DNA from: Octopus vulgaris
Lineage: Eukaryota
Length of the DNA stretch: 64,000 bases
Reading direction: 5' to 3'
NCBI GenBank assembly: GCA_951406725.2
Contig: OX597814.1
Location: 74,400,001 to 74,464,000, forward strand
Shown: positions 1-12,831 of the stretch, one piece after another
Numbering within the stretch: position 1 is the stretch's first letter
Layout: the number at the start of each line of letters is the position of its first letter
Made by a program: the position numbers and the translations under genes
The notes under the pieces: generated by a model
What the model was told of the DNA's origin: nothing
What the model saw: the letters and a program-made list of their open reading frames with translations, nothing else
Databases searched by the model: none

Positions 1-126
1 CCAGGCTCCAGTCTAGTCTGGCAGTGTTTCTACAGCTGGATGCCCTTCCTAACGCCAACCACTCCGCGAGTGTAGTGGGTGTTTTTTACGTGCCACCTGC
101 ACAGGTGCCAGAGGGGTCTGGCATCG

Positions 127-130
<4 letters not shown>
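1..130 (-). mobile_element. 3' UTR fragment of the RTE LINE family seen at 170-2420, opposite orientation
   Basis: Reverse complement ggttggcgttaggaagggcatccagctgtagaaac...agactggagcctgg matches the + strand sequence at ~2297-2365. Confidence 0.7.
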
Positions 131-167
<37 letters not shown>

Positions 168-169
168 CC

Positions 170-2420
170 AAGGGAGAAGCAGAAAAGAAGTCTGCCTATG
201 TTCATCAACATAGGGACCAAGGACTTGAAGTGTTTGGGATTGCAAGGCAGTGTGTGAGAGAAAATTGTGATGTCATAGGAGAAAATGTGTCTGCATAGAC
301 GATGGTGTACTTTCATTTAATGATTCCACAAAGAAAGAGGCTTGGGAATGCCATTATGAAAGACTGAACATGAAGAATGAATGGGAGGAGGAGAGTCTGC
401 CAAATGTTGTCCCAGCTGAGGAACCAGATATCTGAACCAACAGTACCTTGGTAGATAAAGCATTTAAGGATATGAAGACAGGAGAAGCCCCTGGCCCATC
501 AGGAATCACTGCTGAGATGCTTAAAATATCTGGCAGTGTGGATTATAGTCCAGTTACCCATATTGTAAGTCAGGTGGTTCAGGAAGGAACCATACCCAAT
601 GACTGGTGTAGCAGCACCATAATCAGTAAATAAAAAGTAAAGGTGATGCCTTAGAAATAATTACAGAGGTATCGAATTGTTGGATCAGGTGATGCAAGTT
701 ACAAAGTGGGTCATAACCCAACTAATTAGGGAGAGAGTTAGTCTAGATGAGATGCAGCTTAGTTTTGTGCTAGGGAGAAGCACCACTGATGCTATATTTC
801 TGTGAAGGCAGCTGCAGCAGAAATACATAGCCAAAGACATACATTTGTACTTGGCTTTTGTTGACTTGGAGAATGCCTTTGACAAGGTCTGCCAATCCCT
901 TATCTGGTGGTCAATCCAGAAACTAGGGATGGATGAGTAGTTGGTGAGAGCTGTACAAGCATGTACAGGGACACTACCAATAAGGTGACAATTGGCAATG
1001 AGTACAGCAAAGAATTTAGGGTACAAGTAGGGGTTCACCAAGGATCAGTCCTCAGTCTCCTTTTGTTCATCATAATCCTTTAAGCAATAACAGAGGAATT
1101 TAAGACAGGTTGCAAATGACCTTGTTCTTATAGCTGAAACACTACTAGAACTAGAGAAGTTCCAGGTATGGAAGTAAGGTCTAGAATCAAAGGGCTTTAG
1201 AGTTAACCTAGTAAAAACTAAAGTCTTAGAAGTAGGAAGGCAGACAAATCAAATCCCTTCAAGTAGATGGCCCTGCTCAATCTGTAGATAAGGTGTAGGT
1301 AGAAACTCCATAATTAAGATGAACCTGGTGTAAGCATTGGATACATGAGGTGCAGTAATATCAGAGGAAGGTTAACAGGGAAAATATCTTTTGTGAGTGG
1401 AAGATGCACAGGTACAATAAACACTGAAAATGTACAGAAAATAGACTCCATCAACTGCCAGTGGGGTAAGCTAGAGATAGTAGATAGTTTCTGTTTCTAG
1501 GTGACCATGTTAGTAGTGGAGGTGGATGCTCCAAGAGTGTAGCTGTGAGAATAAGAATAGGCTGGGCAAAGTTCAGAGCTCCTACCTCTGCTGGCAACAA
1601 ATGCCTCTCCCTCAGAGTGAAAGGCAGATTGTATTATACCCGTGTGCAAACAGCTATGCTACATGGCCGTGGAGCATGGGCTATGACAGCCATGGTCATT
1701 CATAGGCTTAAAAGAAATGAAGCCAGTATGCTTCGCTGGATGTGCAATGTCAGTGTAAGCATCTTGAGAGAAAAGTTGAGCATAAGAAGCATCAGATGCG
1801 GTGTGCAAGACAAACGACTGTGCTGGTATGGTCATGTGATGCATACAGACGAGGACAGGTGTGTAAAGTGTTGATCTCTGTGAAGAGACCTTGTGGTAGA
1901 GGTAGACCCAGGAAGGCATGAGACAAGGTGGTGAAGTATGATCTTCTAACTTTGGGCCTCTCAGAGGCAATGACTAGTGACTGAGACCTTTGGTGATATA
2001 CTGTGCTTCAGAAAACCTGTCAAACCAAGTGAAATCATAGTCATGGCTGGTGCTGATGTCATGTAAAAAGCACCTTTTGACCATTGGGCCTCACAGAGGC
2101 AAAGTGGCAAATGCTGGTGGCATATGAAAAGCTCCTTTCGAGTGTCAGGCCTCACAGACACAATGACAGACATTTGGCATTATGTTGGGCTTGAGAAGAA
2201 GACACATCAAGCCATGTAAAATCACAGTTGACATACTGGTGTCATGCAAATGGTTCATGCCAGTGACACGTAAAAGCACCCATTACACTCTCAGAGTGGT
2301 TGGCATTAGGAAGGGCATCAAGCCATAGCACAGAAACCATGTCAAATCAGACTGGGGTCTGGTGCAGTCTTCCAGCTTGCCAGCACTGGTCAAACTGTCT
2401 AACCCAGCATGGACAAGACG
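170..2420 (+). mobile_element. Degenerate 5'-truncated RTE-clade LINE (RT, C-terminal region and 3' UTR)
   Basis: Fragments GEAPGPSGITAEMLK, NYRGI, FVLGRSTTDAIF, AFVDLENAFD, GVHQGSVLS, RIRIGWAKF, RLCWYGHV, RGRPRKAW; many stops and frameshifts; 3' UTR has three short tandem copies of ggcctc(t/a)caga. Confidence 0.85.
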
Positions 2421-2455
2421 CTATATATATATATATACACATACACACACATACA

Positions 2456-2607
2456 TGATAGGTTTCTTTTAGTTTCCATCTACCAAATCCACTCACAAGG
2501 CTTTGGTTGGCCCAAGGCTATAGCAGAAGACACTTACCCAAGGTACCACACAGTGGGACTGAACCTAAAACCATGTGGTTGTGAAGCAAGCTTCTTATCA
2601 CACAGCT
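2456..2607 (-). mobile_element. tRNA-derived SINE family A, 5' part
   Basis: Reverse complement of the head of the copies at 5565-5915 and 41895-42272 (gctgtgtg.taagaagcttgcttc...ggcaagtgtcttct...ggatttggtaga). Confidence 0.8.
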
Positions 2608-3368
2608 GTACAAGGTTTTGCTTGGAAAGAAAAGTCCATTTTATGAATAATTTAAGGAAATGAGATTATATTGATAAAATAACAAAATTAAGATCACACA
2701 CTTGTAAAGTATAACATGTGGGAGCAAGAATTTTATGAATTGCCACATTGGAAACATTCATTGGAAACATTCCTCAAAATGCTCCTAGCTATTATTTCTG
2801 TAAATGCAATTGAGAGTCCTATTAATTGAATGCACCCATACATTCACTTTGGATAAACTGTTTAAGGCTGGGTTTGCTGCAAATACTTCCTAACTTTGCA
2901 ACAAATAATTTCATTTATAAATCTTTCTTAGCCTTTTATCAATGTTTCATAATTTTGCAAAGTAAGGCTTTCTATTTTCCATTCTACCATTTTTTCAGAC
3001 GTCACAACTAACCTACCCTAAATATTTGAGTTTATATTTAAAATAAGTTTCAATATACTGAGGTCAATTTTACATGATAAACTACTTTTTTTTTTTTGTT
3101 CATCACCAAAAATGAGTTCTTCTTAAACACTGCTACATAACTCAAGAGTTTCTGTGAGTATACTATATACTATTAACTATATTTTCTAGCTAGATTAACC
3201 TTTCCCCTATCCTTTTGAAATATCTTTAATAAAGATTTAAATTTGTACTATTTTTATGACCAAAATATAATCAATTGAACATTTTGAAAACCAATAAGTT
3301 GATGTTATATTAAGTCTTAAAATTTTAATATGTGTTTACTGAAATATTTTTAATATATGAAAATCAAA

Positions 3369-4975
3369 CTGTTCTATATTTGAGATGAGGAATTCTGTAC
3401 ATAATTTACATTGGACGGATATGTGTCCGTATCTTGTTTGTTGTTTCAGCTGATTTACTCTCCAGCCTTCATCAGGTGTCCTGGTGGAATTTGGAACCCA
3501 ACCCTGGGTTCTCATTCTTAAGGTATTTTTGCTGATGTTGTTGTTATGTATTTAAGGCACTACCAGTTCCTATATTCTACTCATGTCAGCGCAAGTTCTG
3601 CTTAGTAGGTTATTGGGTCCTAGTATATGTGCTGCCTTTTTTAGTTTTAGTTTTCCAGTGGTGTTCTCTATTATTTTAACTTCATCCCACAAGGGAAAGT
3701 GGTCTCTGCTGTTCCATACATGATCAGCTGTACCTGATTTTTCAACATCTTGTGTCACAGCTTTACGATGTTTCTCTACCCTTATTTTGAGTGGGCGGCA
3801 TGTTTCGCCTTTGTATAACCTACCATAACTGCACGGGATAGAGTACACACAGTCTTTGGTCATATTCTCTTCTATTGGCAGTTTTACTAAGAAAGATGTC
3901 CAAGTACTGCTAGATCATGTGAACTCATTAAAGCCATCCATACAGTTCACAATGGAAAAGGAAAAAAGACAATCAGCTAGCATTCCTGGATGTATTAATA
4001 ACACACACTAAGCATGGGTTCAGGACATCTGTATATCGCTAGACAAACTTCACTGGACAATACCTCAACTTCAATTCCCACCATCCATACAGTGTAAAGA
4101 GAGGGATTGCTCAGTGCTTAAAACATCAAGCAAAGAATATAAGTAGTGATACACACCATGAAGAAATGATCAAGCTCAGTAACAATCTATTAAGGAAAAC
4201 CCAAAAACATACTACCTACTCCATTTAAGAGGAGAGCGGATGAAACCGATAATCTGACCACAGTCTGTCTACCCAATGTGAAAGGCTTCTCCAAAAAGAT
4301 AAAAAAGATATGTGGTCCATATGACATCAGGACGGTATTCAAGAGTAATATAACACTTCACAAATATCTCCTTTGAGTAAAACCACCAATAGATGAGGAT
4401 ATAACCAAAGACTGTGTGTACTCCATCCTATGTAGTTGTGGTAGGTTATAAAAAGGCAAAACGTGCTGCCCACTCAAGATAAGGGAAGAGAAACATCGTA
4501 AAACTGTGACACAAGATGTTGAAAAATCGGGTATAGCTGATCATGTATGGAAAAGTGGAGACCACCTTCCCCTGTGGGATGAAGTTAAAATAATAGACAG
4601 AGAACACCACTGGAAAATATGAAAACTAAAAGAGGCAGCACATACGCTAGGACACAATAACCTCCTAAACAGACCTAGTGCAGATATGAGTAGTATTAAG
4701 GAAGGATACAAAAATATTAGGTTTATAAGCCCTAAAATTCATTCTATAATTGCCCATGGGCATATAGCGCAGGCTACTAACCCCAAGATTGCGAGTTCAA
4801 AACCAGGCAGTGCCTTGAATAAATAATAACAATAATAACATCAGCAAAAATACTTAGGAAGGAGAACCCAGGGTTGGGTTCAAAATTCCACCAGGACACC
4901 TGATGAAGGCTGGAGAGTAAATCAGCTGAAACAACAAACAAGATGAGGACACATATTCATCCAATGTAAATAATA
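3369..4975. mobile_element. Penelope-like element remnant with inverted duplication of its 3' end (GIY-YIG plus pLTR)
   Basis: + strand 3890-4710: IQFTMEKE, LAFLDV, YLNFNSHHP, CVYSI.CSCGRLYKG.T (GIY-YIG). Minus strand 3570-3880 repeats the GIY-YIG. 3402-3560 is the inverted copy of 4805-4975. Confidence 0.85.
4895..4932 (+). ncRNA. Truncated type I hammerhead ribozyme core in the Penelope pLTR (inverted copy at ~3443-3480)
   Basis: gacac-CTGATGA-aggctg-loop-cagct-GAAAC; the cleavage triplet and 3' strand of stem I are deleted relative to the copy at 19345-19390. Confidence 0.6.
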
Positions 4976-5564
4976 TATGAAAATCAGTTTGATAAAGAAG
5001 AATAACATTAACATAATTAGAGATTATGTGATAGAAGGTTGCCAGGTTACCAATTCTAATATATATACTTCCTGGTTTAAAAAAATACAGCAGTGAGGAA
5101 AATAGACATCTTGAATGATTCTTATCAAGTGACATGTCATTGTATATTTACCAATGAGTAAAAATGTGTCAAATAATGCCAATGATGGGCTTAAAATTTA
5201 ATTTCTATCAAAAGAAAACAATAACAAAGGCATGAAATAAAGAAGTACATTATTTAGTCTCCAATGAGCTCTAATGATTAAAAATATACTTGGAATCGAA
5301 ATGTTTGAGTAGACATTCTAGCCAAGACCGTCCTTTTTTTCCTTTTCCAGATATAATATCTACACTATATACTTCCAACTGTTGTATTTTTATTTTATTT
5401 TGACACCTAAAAGGATACCTTCAAATGTATCTTTCTCTTTTAAATTGAAATGAGAAAAATGTTGCCATTTTTAGAAAATAAAGTAACTTAATAACTTGTT
5501 GGCACAGTAAGTCATTGTTTAGGGGAAGGAAATCAGATTAAACAGATCTGTAATTGAAGATCTT

Positions 5565-5915
5565 CTAGTTGAGCTCCTTGCTTCCAAACCATATGGTGCC
5601 AGGATCAGTCCTACTGTGTGGTGCATAGGGCAAGTGTCTTCTATACCCTCAGACCGACCTAAGCCAAGTTAATGGATTTGGTAGACAGAAATTGAAAATG
5701 TATGCGTGTGTTTGCGTCTGTATTTGTGCCCCCACCATTGCTTGACAACAAATATTGATGTGTTTACATCCCCATAACTTAACGATTTGGCAAACCAATA
5801 CAATAAGTAGCAGGCTTACAAAGAATAAGTTCTGGGGTTGATTTCTTTGATCAAAACCCTTTAAAGCAGTGCTCCAGTATGGCCTCAGTCAGATGACTGA
5901 AATTAGTAAAAGAAT
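5565..5915 (+). mobile_element. tRNA-derived SINE family A
   Basis: Colinear with 41895-42272, including tail gtgctccag.atggc..cagtc..atgactgaaa. Confidence 0.8.
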
Positions 5916-6275
5916 ATATACATGTAAGTATGTATGATCTTATTTTGACATTCATTTCCAATATTCTGCAAAAACATGTCTGGTCATTAAAAAAATCTGC
6001 CTCAGTAAATGCTATCTGACCCATGCAAGCATGGAAAAATGTATGTTAAAATGATGATGAAAGGACCACATTATCTAATACTTTTTTCTTAAGACAGTAG
6101 GGTGTGGTTTGAAGGAAATTTCGCTATTAACTTTAACAAGTGGATTAATTAGAGGCTTCTTTGTTGGCTCATGGAATAAAAGTTCAATTAGTGAATTAGA
6201 TAGCTGTCAATGGAAGATTTAAGAAAACAAGGCTAAAAATATAAAACTATAACTAAAAAAAGTATAGCTGCTTAC

Positions 6276-6385
6276 CTCTTGCTCAACATACTGAAGAAGG
6301 TAAGTCCAGCCAGTAAAATCAGCTGGGTTATCTTTCACAGCTTTCCAATATTTTTCAAGTTCAGTTTCCTTTTTGTCATCTTTTT
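6276..6385 (-). CDS. PRPF39: Pre-mRNA-processing factor 39 homologue, coding exon 2 (110 bp)
   Basis: Encodes (E)[36 protein letters not shown], the conserved start of the first HAT repeat; acceptor tttatttctctcaag and donor GAG|gtaag. Confidence 0.9.
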
Positions 6386-9300
6386 CTTGAGAGAAATAAA
6401 TTTTTGTTAGCACATTTCAAACTCATCAAGGAAATGCATTTTTTTTTAAATACACACACATATATGTGCAGACAAAATTTTGTGATCCAGAAAATAAAAT
6501 TACCTAAGTTCACAGAAATCAGTAAAACAGTTTGTTAGTAATTATTTATGTGTAGGGAAAATGATTGACCCTTTTTACAACAAGCGATTGTGAGACTTGT
6601 GAACATTAACATCAATGAGCTGACTGAAAGGAATTACATCGTATGAGATGAACATTGAAAGTACAATTAACTTTCTTGCATCCTTGAAGTTAATAATTCA
6701 GTGGTTTGGTATAATGAACCAATAAATTTTGTGAATCACCACACATTGCCTGAGTCACTGTGTTTGTGGGTAGCTATAAAATACCACCAATAGTTTTTAT
6801 CCTACTTAATTCTTACAATCTTAATTCATAATTAAAGAATAATAAAATTATTTTATGAAATAAGATTTACACTTATGTTGTTAAATAAGGTTGTATCACT
6901 TATTTCATTTCAAAAACAATTAACTTCACAAATTTCAGGTAAATTCTGATCTATGCTGGATCAGTAATTTCACTCTGGATCATATAATGAAGTATCATCC
7001 AGAATTTATATAAAATATTGCCAAATTGTCCAAGCTGTCACAAATAAAATGAAACTTTTCTTCCCCCAGTATTTTTCCCATTTTATATCCTCACATTCTA
7101 AAACAAAGGCAATTCACATTAAAAAAATTAATTGGAGTGGGGGGATGGGTAAGTGGGATAAAATGAATAACTTCTTATTTCTTATTTTTTCTCTGAAACT
7201 ATTGCAATCATTATTTTGTACTGTTGCATCATATTTTGGAGTAGAAATGGTCGGTACAATTGTTGTAGAAATTGAGAAAGTTTGAAACAGGTGACAGGCC
7301 CCTAATGTTTTAAAAGAAACGTTTCAACTTTGACCCCGATTATACCTGAGGTTACTAATAAAATATCTGGGTAATTTTTGGTGTTTAAAAATATTCTTTT
7401 TGTCTTCACAAGTAACATTTTTTCCCAATACTAATGTCTAATTTGATAATTTTCAAATAAATTATGTCGAAAGTGGGGTAGACTGAGAAATGATTAATTT
7501 CAATAATTTCTCTTCTCTAACTGCATGGTACATAAATACATTAGGAAGACAGACACTCCAGCAGATCGTGAAGCAACTATAGAGAATAATTTGTTGAATT
7601 TTTTTATTTAGTTGAGTTTCGTTAATTTCATGTGCCATTTTTCTGTGATCCTCTTTCATTTAACCGAGGTATTTTAAATTTTTTGTTGCATTTCTGCTTT
7701 TTCTGATTCTAAGGATAGATATTGATGCGTAAGAGTCTTTTTTAAATATAATTCTGGAGAGCTGAGAAGGCAAATTTACCTTATTTTGTCTTGCCCCGCC
7801 TAAATTTGCCTTTCATATGCTCAAAGAGAACAGAAATAATTTTCTGAAATAGTGTTCTGAAAATGTTATATAGTAATTTTAAAGCATTAAAATTACTAAA
7901 GTCATTTGCTTAGCCGATATAGTTTCCTCCTCCACCACTTTTTGTCACTTTTCTAATTTTTTCTCTCTCTCACTTTGCCATTCTGTGAACATTTTTCTGC
8001 GCGACACGAAAACTAAATGACTTTATAAAGCTGCTCATGTTCAATGGAGCTGCTAAAAATAACAGTTGAACTAAACTGCACGTTTATCGAAAGTTATATC
8101 GAAGGAATGCCTTTTTTTTTTGTACCCCAAAATTGATGCATATACATGTGTGTTTGTGTTGAAGGCGAACTTCAACGATCTACGTTAGCGTTACTTTTCA
8201 TATTTATACTTTTAAATCTGTAAACAAAAAAGATAGGAATCGACAAAATTCATATCAAATTGAACTTTTACATGCCACTTTTTCATGTCTCAGACATGTG
8301 GATCGGTTATCTTTTATGTCACTAGCGATCAGTTTAGAGTATCAATAGCTCTCAACCCCGCAAGAAAGAAATATTTAATTAGAAAACGTAGAGAAAATAA
8401 AAACAAATTACCGTTTTAATTTTTTTAAAAAAAGTGCTGCAGCTAACTTGCTAGGTAGCGGGGGAAAGCAAAATTGCTTGTCCCATAATACTTTTCCCAA
8501 TTAAAAATATTCTATACATTCCAAATTCCAATTATATTTCTTACATATCCACTTGTGAAAATCGCAGCTCCAGCGACCAACGAGTAGCTTAATTTAATTT
8601 GCATCATATGAGTGGGGGAGGAGATGGGTTAATTTTTTTTTAAAAAGCATAGATTTTTGAAAAGAATTTCTTCAAACACGCGATTTACAAGGCTTCAGAA
8701 TTTGTAGTATTAACAATTATGAAAAATACGTAAAAAATTATTTCGAACGTGGCAGCTTTATCGAAGGCTATATGAAGGAGCAAGTGGAGGAATAAAAAGT
8801 TTGAAAACCATGGATTTTGAAGAAGGAAAAAAAAAAAAAACTTTCTAAATGCGAATTACGTGTTTCAGAATGCGGGGTATTATGAAATGCTGAAAGATAC
8901 CTGAAAAAAAAATTCCATGATATTTGTGACAGCTATTCTAAAAGTCCGTCGCGAAATTTTGAAATTTATTTTACTTTTCAATTAGAATGAAATATATTAA
9001 GATCCCGATATTCATGGCAATTAAAAGTTGTTTTTCTTTTCGTTTTTGCTTGACAAAAAAAAAACAAAAAAACTTTAGATTATAGTGTTTATATGTATGG
9101 TATCCAATAACTAAACTTTTCCAAGTAAAACTTAGGACAACACTAATTTTCGACGGGCACATGGTTTTTGTGGGAGATTAAACGTAATCAAATGGAATTC
9201 ATAAACTTACAAAGTATCCAGGCTATGAATGGAATTGTAACAAAAAGAAACGAGTTGTTGGAGGCTCGATCCATTTTATGAACTACAAATAACTGATATA

Positions 9301-9815
9301 TGCTGGCAACAGTCCACTCGTGTTTTGTTTCATGTAAGTCAAAAAATATTTTAACATAAAAATTATCTATTCATGTTAACTTTTACAAGAGATGAACATT
9401 TAAACCGGTGTTAATATGTTGAATGCCTTTCCTCCAATATTCTCACTCAGCTATTGAAGAAACATTTATACAAAAAAAACCATTAATTTTTAGAAAACAA
9501 GACATGGTTTATGTTAGCACACACACACACACACACAAAAACATTCTTAAAACAGCGCGAACAATTTATTAACTGAGACAAAACTTATCCTAATTAATTA
9601 ATTAGGATAAGTTTTAAAATTCAACTGAGTTGAATTATTTTTATTGAGTTCGTCATGTTTTCGATGTGATGTCCAAGCAACAGTGGACAATGGGAATCGC
9701 GAAAGAAAATTAGAAAGCTTATCTGCATTCTCACAATTTAGAACAAGTTTAATAAATACTGAAAACAAAGGATGCAAGAAAATACTTATGAACGAAGACC
9801 TTGAACGAATTAGTG

Positions 9816-9861
<46 letters not shown>

Positions 9862-10907
9862 ATGGAAAATAGAGACAAACGCCCAAGATGTTATTTAAAT
9901 TATGTACATACAATGTAGTTAATATAACTGCTCAAAAGATATGAGTGGGATTGTTTTTTTCGGACTTATGAACAACTGACCGATTATGTGTGTGTGAGTG
10001 TTTTAAACATAAACAATGACTAGTTCAAATGATAATCTACAACAAACTGTAAATTAGAGATATAAAAATTTCCATTAATACTAGAAACAAGATAAACGAA
10101 ATAGTAAGATGGTCTGAGTTAAAATAAATTATTAAATTTTGTTTACTAATTATTTTAAATATGCAAGACATGAAGAACAGCAGAAGTATACCTCCCAGAA
10201 GAGGTGATATACAAATTTATTGTTAGTTGACGAACATAAGAAATATCTATTCATTTCGGTATCAACTAATACGAATTAAGTTTATCATGGGGCTAATGAT
10301 TCCTATCTAAAACACAGATGTTTAATAGATAAAAGAGAATATTCTCGCGCCATCTTGGCTATAAGAGATTTAAGCAATTTAACGGTATTTTATTTATCGG
10401 TTATTTTTACAATGTTTCACTCATAGATATTTAATGACCTTTGTTAATTAACAATAACAAAATGAGTTTTAAAATATATGACCGACCAGTTTTCATATTT
10501 CCAACTATTGTACCAAACTAAGAAAACATCCAAGAACCTAGTTGATAGATACTTGGTCAGTCAAATTGTAAATAACTAGATAATTAAAATTACTGCTTCC
10601 AATAATACGCTCAACATGGTGGAGTTTGCTATGTATTTTACACAGCTTATCAATTCGTTTAAAAATGATTACATGTAAAATATATTTCCAAAAGGAACTT
10701 TTTTTAAAGAAATATTTCAAAAAATAAACAAACATGCTAACGCTCTTGTTTAGGAAGTCTAACATGTAACATGCCGTATAGATTCAAAGGAAATCACAAT
10801 CAATAATATATTCGCATTGAAATAGTAAAAAATAACGAAGTATAGTTAGATAATTATCTTCTACCATAGATATACATAGATAAAGTTGTATTCATTAATA
10901 AAATTAC

Positions 10908-10962
10908 CAGTATTTTCCGTTTTTTCTGTATCAGTAAATCCAGTACGTCTTTCACCCGCCAT
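10908..10962 (-). CDS. PRPF39: Probable first coding exon of PRPF39 (MAGERRTGFTDTEKTENT)
   Basis: ATGGCG start; 55 bp ending G|gtaatt (phase 1), which joins in frame with the phase-1 exon at 6385; upstream ctaac...ctgcag could be an acceptor for a 5' UTR intron. Confidence 0.65.
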
Positions 10963-11384
10963 TATCTGCAGCGCAATGTTAGATGGGATACTATTCTCAT
11001 GTGCACAGGATTACATATTCTTTAATTCTGGATTAATCAAATTTTGTGAGATCAGTTAACAAGACTCGTGTTGTCCAAATATCTAATTATAGCAACTGTG
11101 ATGATTCTTTCAGATTGAAAGCAAGTTGGGTTTTTTTAATTACTCTCTTTTGTAGTTGAGGAGGCTTATATGATAGTAAAGTCAACTGAATTGATATTCC
11201 AGTTATTATACAAACTCAACAGAATGAAAAGAAATCCTTGCAATTGAAACGAAACTAAATATTACAATTAGACTTAGTGTATTCCATATAATGTGATGGA
11301 CGTTGACTTCGTTAGGATGTGAACTAAAAGAAAAATTCAGGGCATAGTTTCGGTTATCGCCTTCAGGGCATAGTTTCGGTTATA

Positions 11385-11660
11385 GTAGCACAGATTTCCG
11401 TCGATTTCCGTAAAAAACTTTTATTTTTTTACATAAGTAATGAGAGCGAAAGAGACTAAGAGGAAGCGATTTTACGACGAGAAGGTTTCACTTTGAAGTC
11501 GGCCTGTGTGTGTTTGATGGGGTGTGGGAGACAGAGAGTATGTTGTGTGAGTGAAGTGCTTCTGTTAGTGTGTGCGAAGAGACAGACATACATATACACA
11601 TACACCGAGTACATACATACATACATACACACACACACATACATAGATACATACACACAC

Positions 11661-11697
<37 letters not shown>

Positions 11698-12124
11698 TAG
11701 ATACATACACACACACACATACATGCAGACATACTTATACACATACACCGAGTAAAAAATTACGATGAATCGGCCATACATACATACATACACACACACA
11801 TACTTACACACACACACATACATAGATACATGCATACATACATATACACATACATGCATACATACATATACACATACACCGAATAAAAAATCAGTTATCA
11901 CTCTCTTTCACACATTACTCTCTCTGTCTCTTCACACACACTAACAGAAGCACTTCACTTACACAACATACTGTCTGTCTCCCACACCCCATCAAACACA
12001 CACAGGCCGATTTCAAAGTGAAACCTTCTCGTCATAAAATCGCTTCCTCTTAGTCTCTTTCGCTCTCATTACTTATGTAAAAAAATAAAAGTTTTTTACG
12101 GAAATCGACGGAAATCTGCGCTAC
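11385..12124. mobile_element. MITE/foldback element with ~200-bp terminal inverted repeats around a CA/TACA microsatellite core
   Basis: 11385-~11587 (gtagcacagatttccgtcgatttccg...) is a near-perfect reverse complement of ~11922-12124. Confidence 0.85.
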
Positions 12125-12831
12125 GACATGCGAAACTTCGCCAAATTCAGTATTAAATACTGAACATTTTCACTCCACTTTACCGATTCTATATCGTTAC
12201 ACCTTTGTAATAATTATAATGATTCACTCATTTGTTTGTTATCAGGACTAATTCGTACGTAGAAAACGTGAGACAAGGATTCAAGGCATGTAGGAAGGTG
12301 CAAATATAGTTACATAAAAAAAGTGAGACGTGAGGCAATAATAAAGACTAGCAGGGTTGTGAAAATACCACGTTTTATAAATTGTCCCTATTTTGATGTA
12401 TCTATTACAGTGTGTTAAAGATTTCAGTTATATCTGTCGTACATAGTTAAGGTTGTTTAAAGCGTAACACTGAAACTTGTTTCATTATGTCCTTTAGTTA
12501 ATATTGTTTAAAACACAGCGAAAACACATTCACTGTGATGAGCAGAGAAATATTCCGGATTTCTAACAAATATATAAAAGTATGCATTTATGATAGAATG
12601 AATGTGTAGCGGAAATATTCAGCAATCGCCCGATATCATGATTCGCTAGAATATTGCCCATGTGATAAACAAAATTTGACCAGTCACGACTTTGCATCGA
12701 ATAGGCTCCAATAATGATTTTTAATTTTTGGGGTGATTCATTCTGAGCCTATCGCGTAGTAAGTATAAAGTCAGTATGTCATGAATACTAGACAGAGAAC
12801 TTTTGCATGCAGCAGAGAAAGCATTGACGGA

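Noticed and set aside
6941-7007. Possible intronic C/D snoRNA (terminal stem aaattctg/cagaattt, internal CTGA)
   Set aside because: No canonical RUGAUGA C box or terminal CUGA D box in the host-gene orientation.
7462-7790. Extra PRPF39 exon or small ORF in the intron
   Set aside because: No recognisable homology or convincing phase-compatible splice sites.
11456-11901. ORFs rich in YI/CV/HT repeats here and at ~36.2, 41, 42.3, 43.8, 47 and 59 kb, plus poly-I/N at 50.2 and 55.3 kb
   Set aside because: They are translations of microsatellites, not genes.
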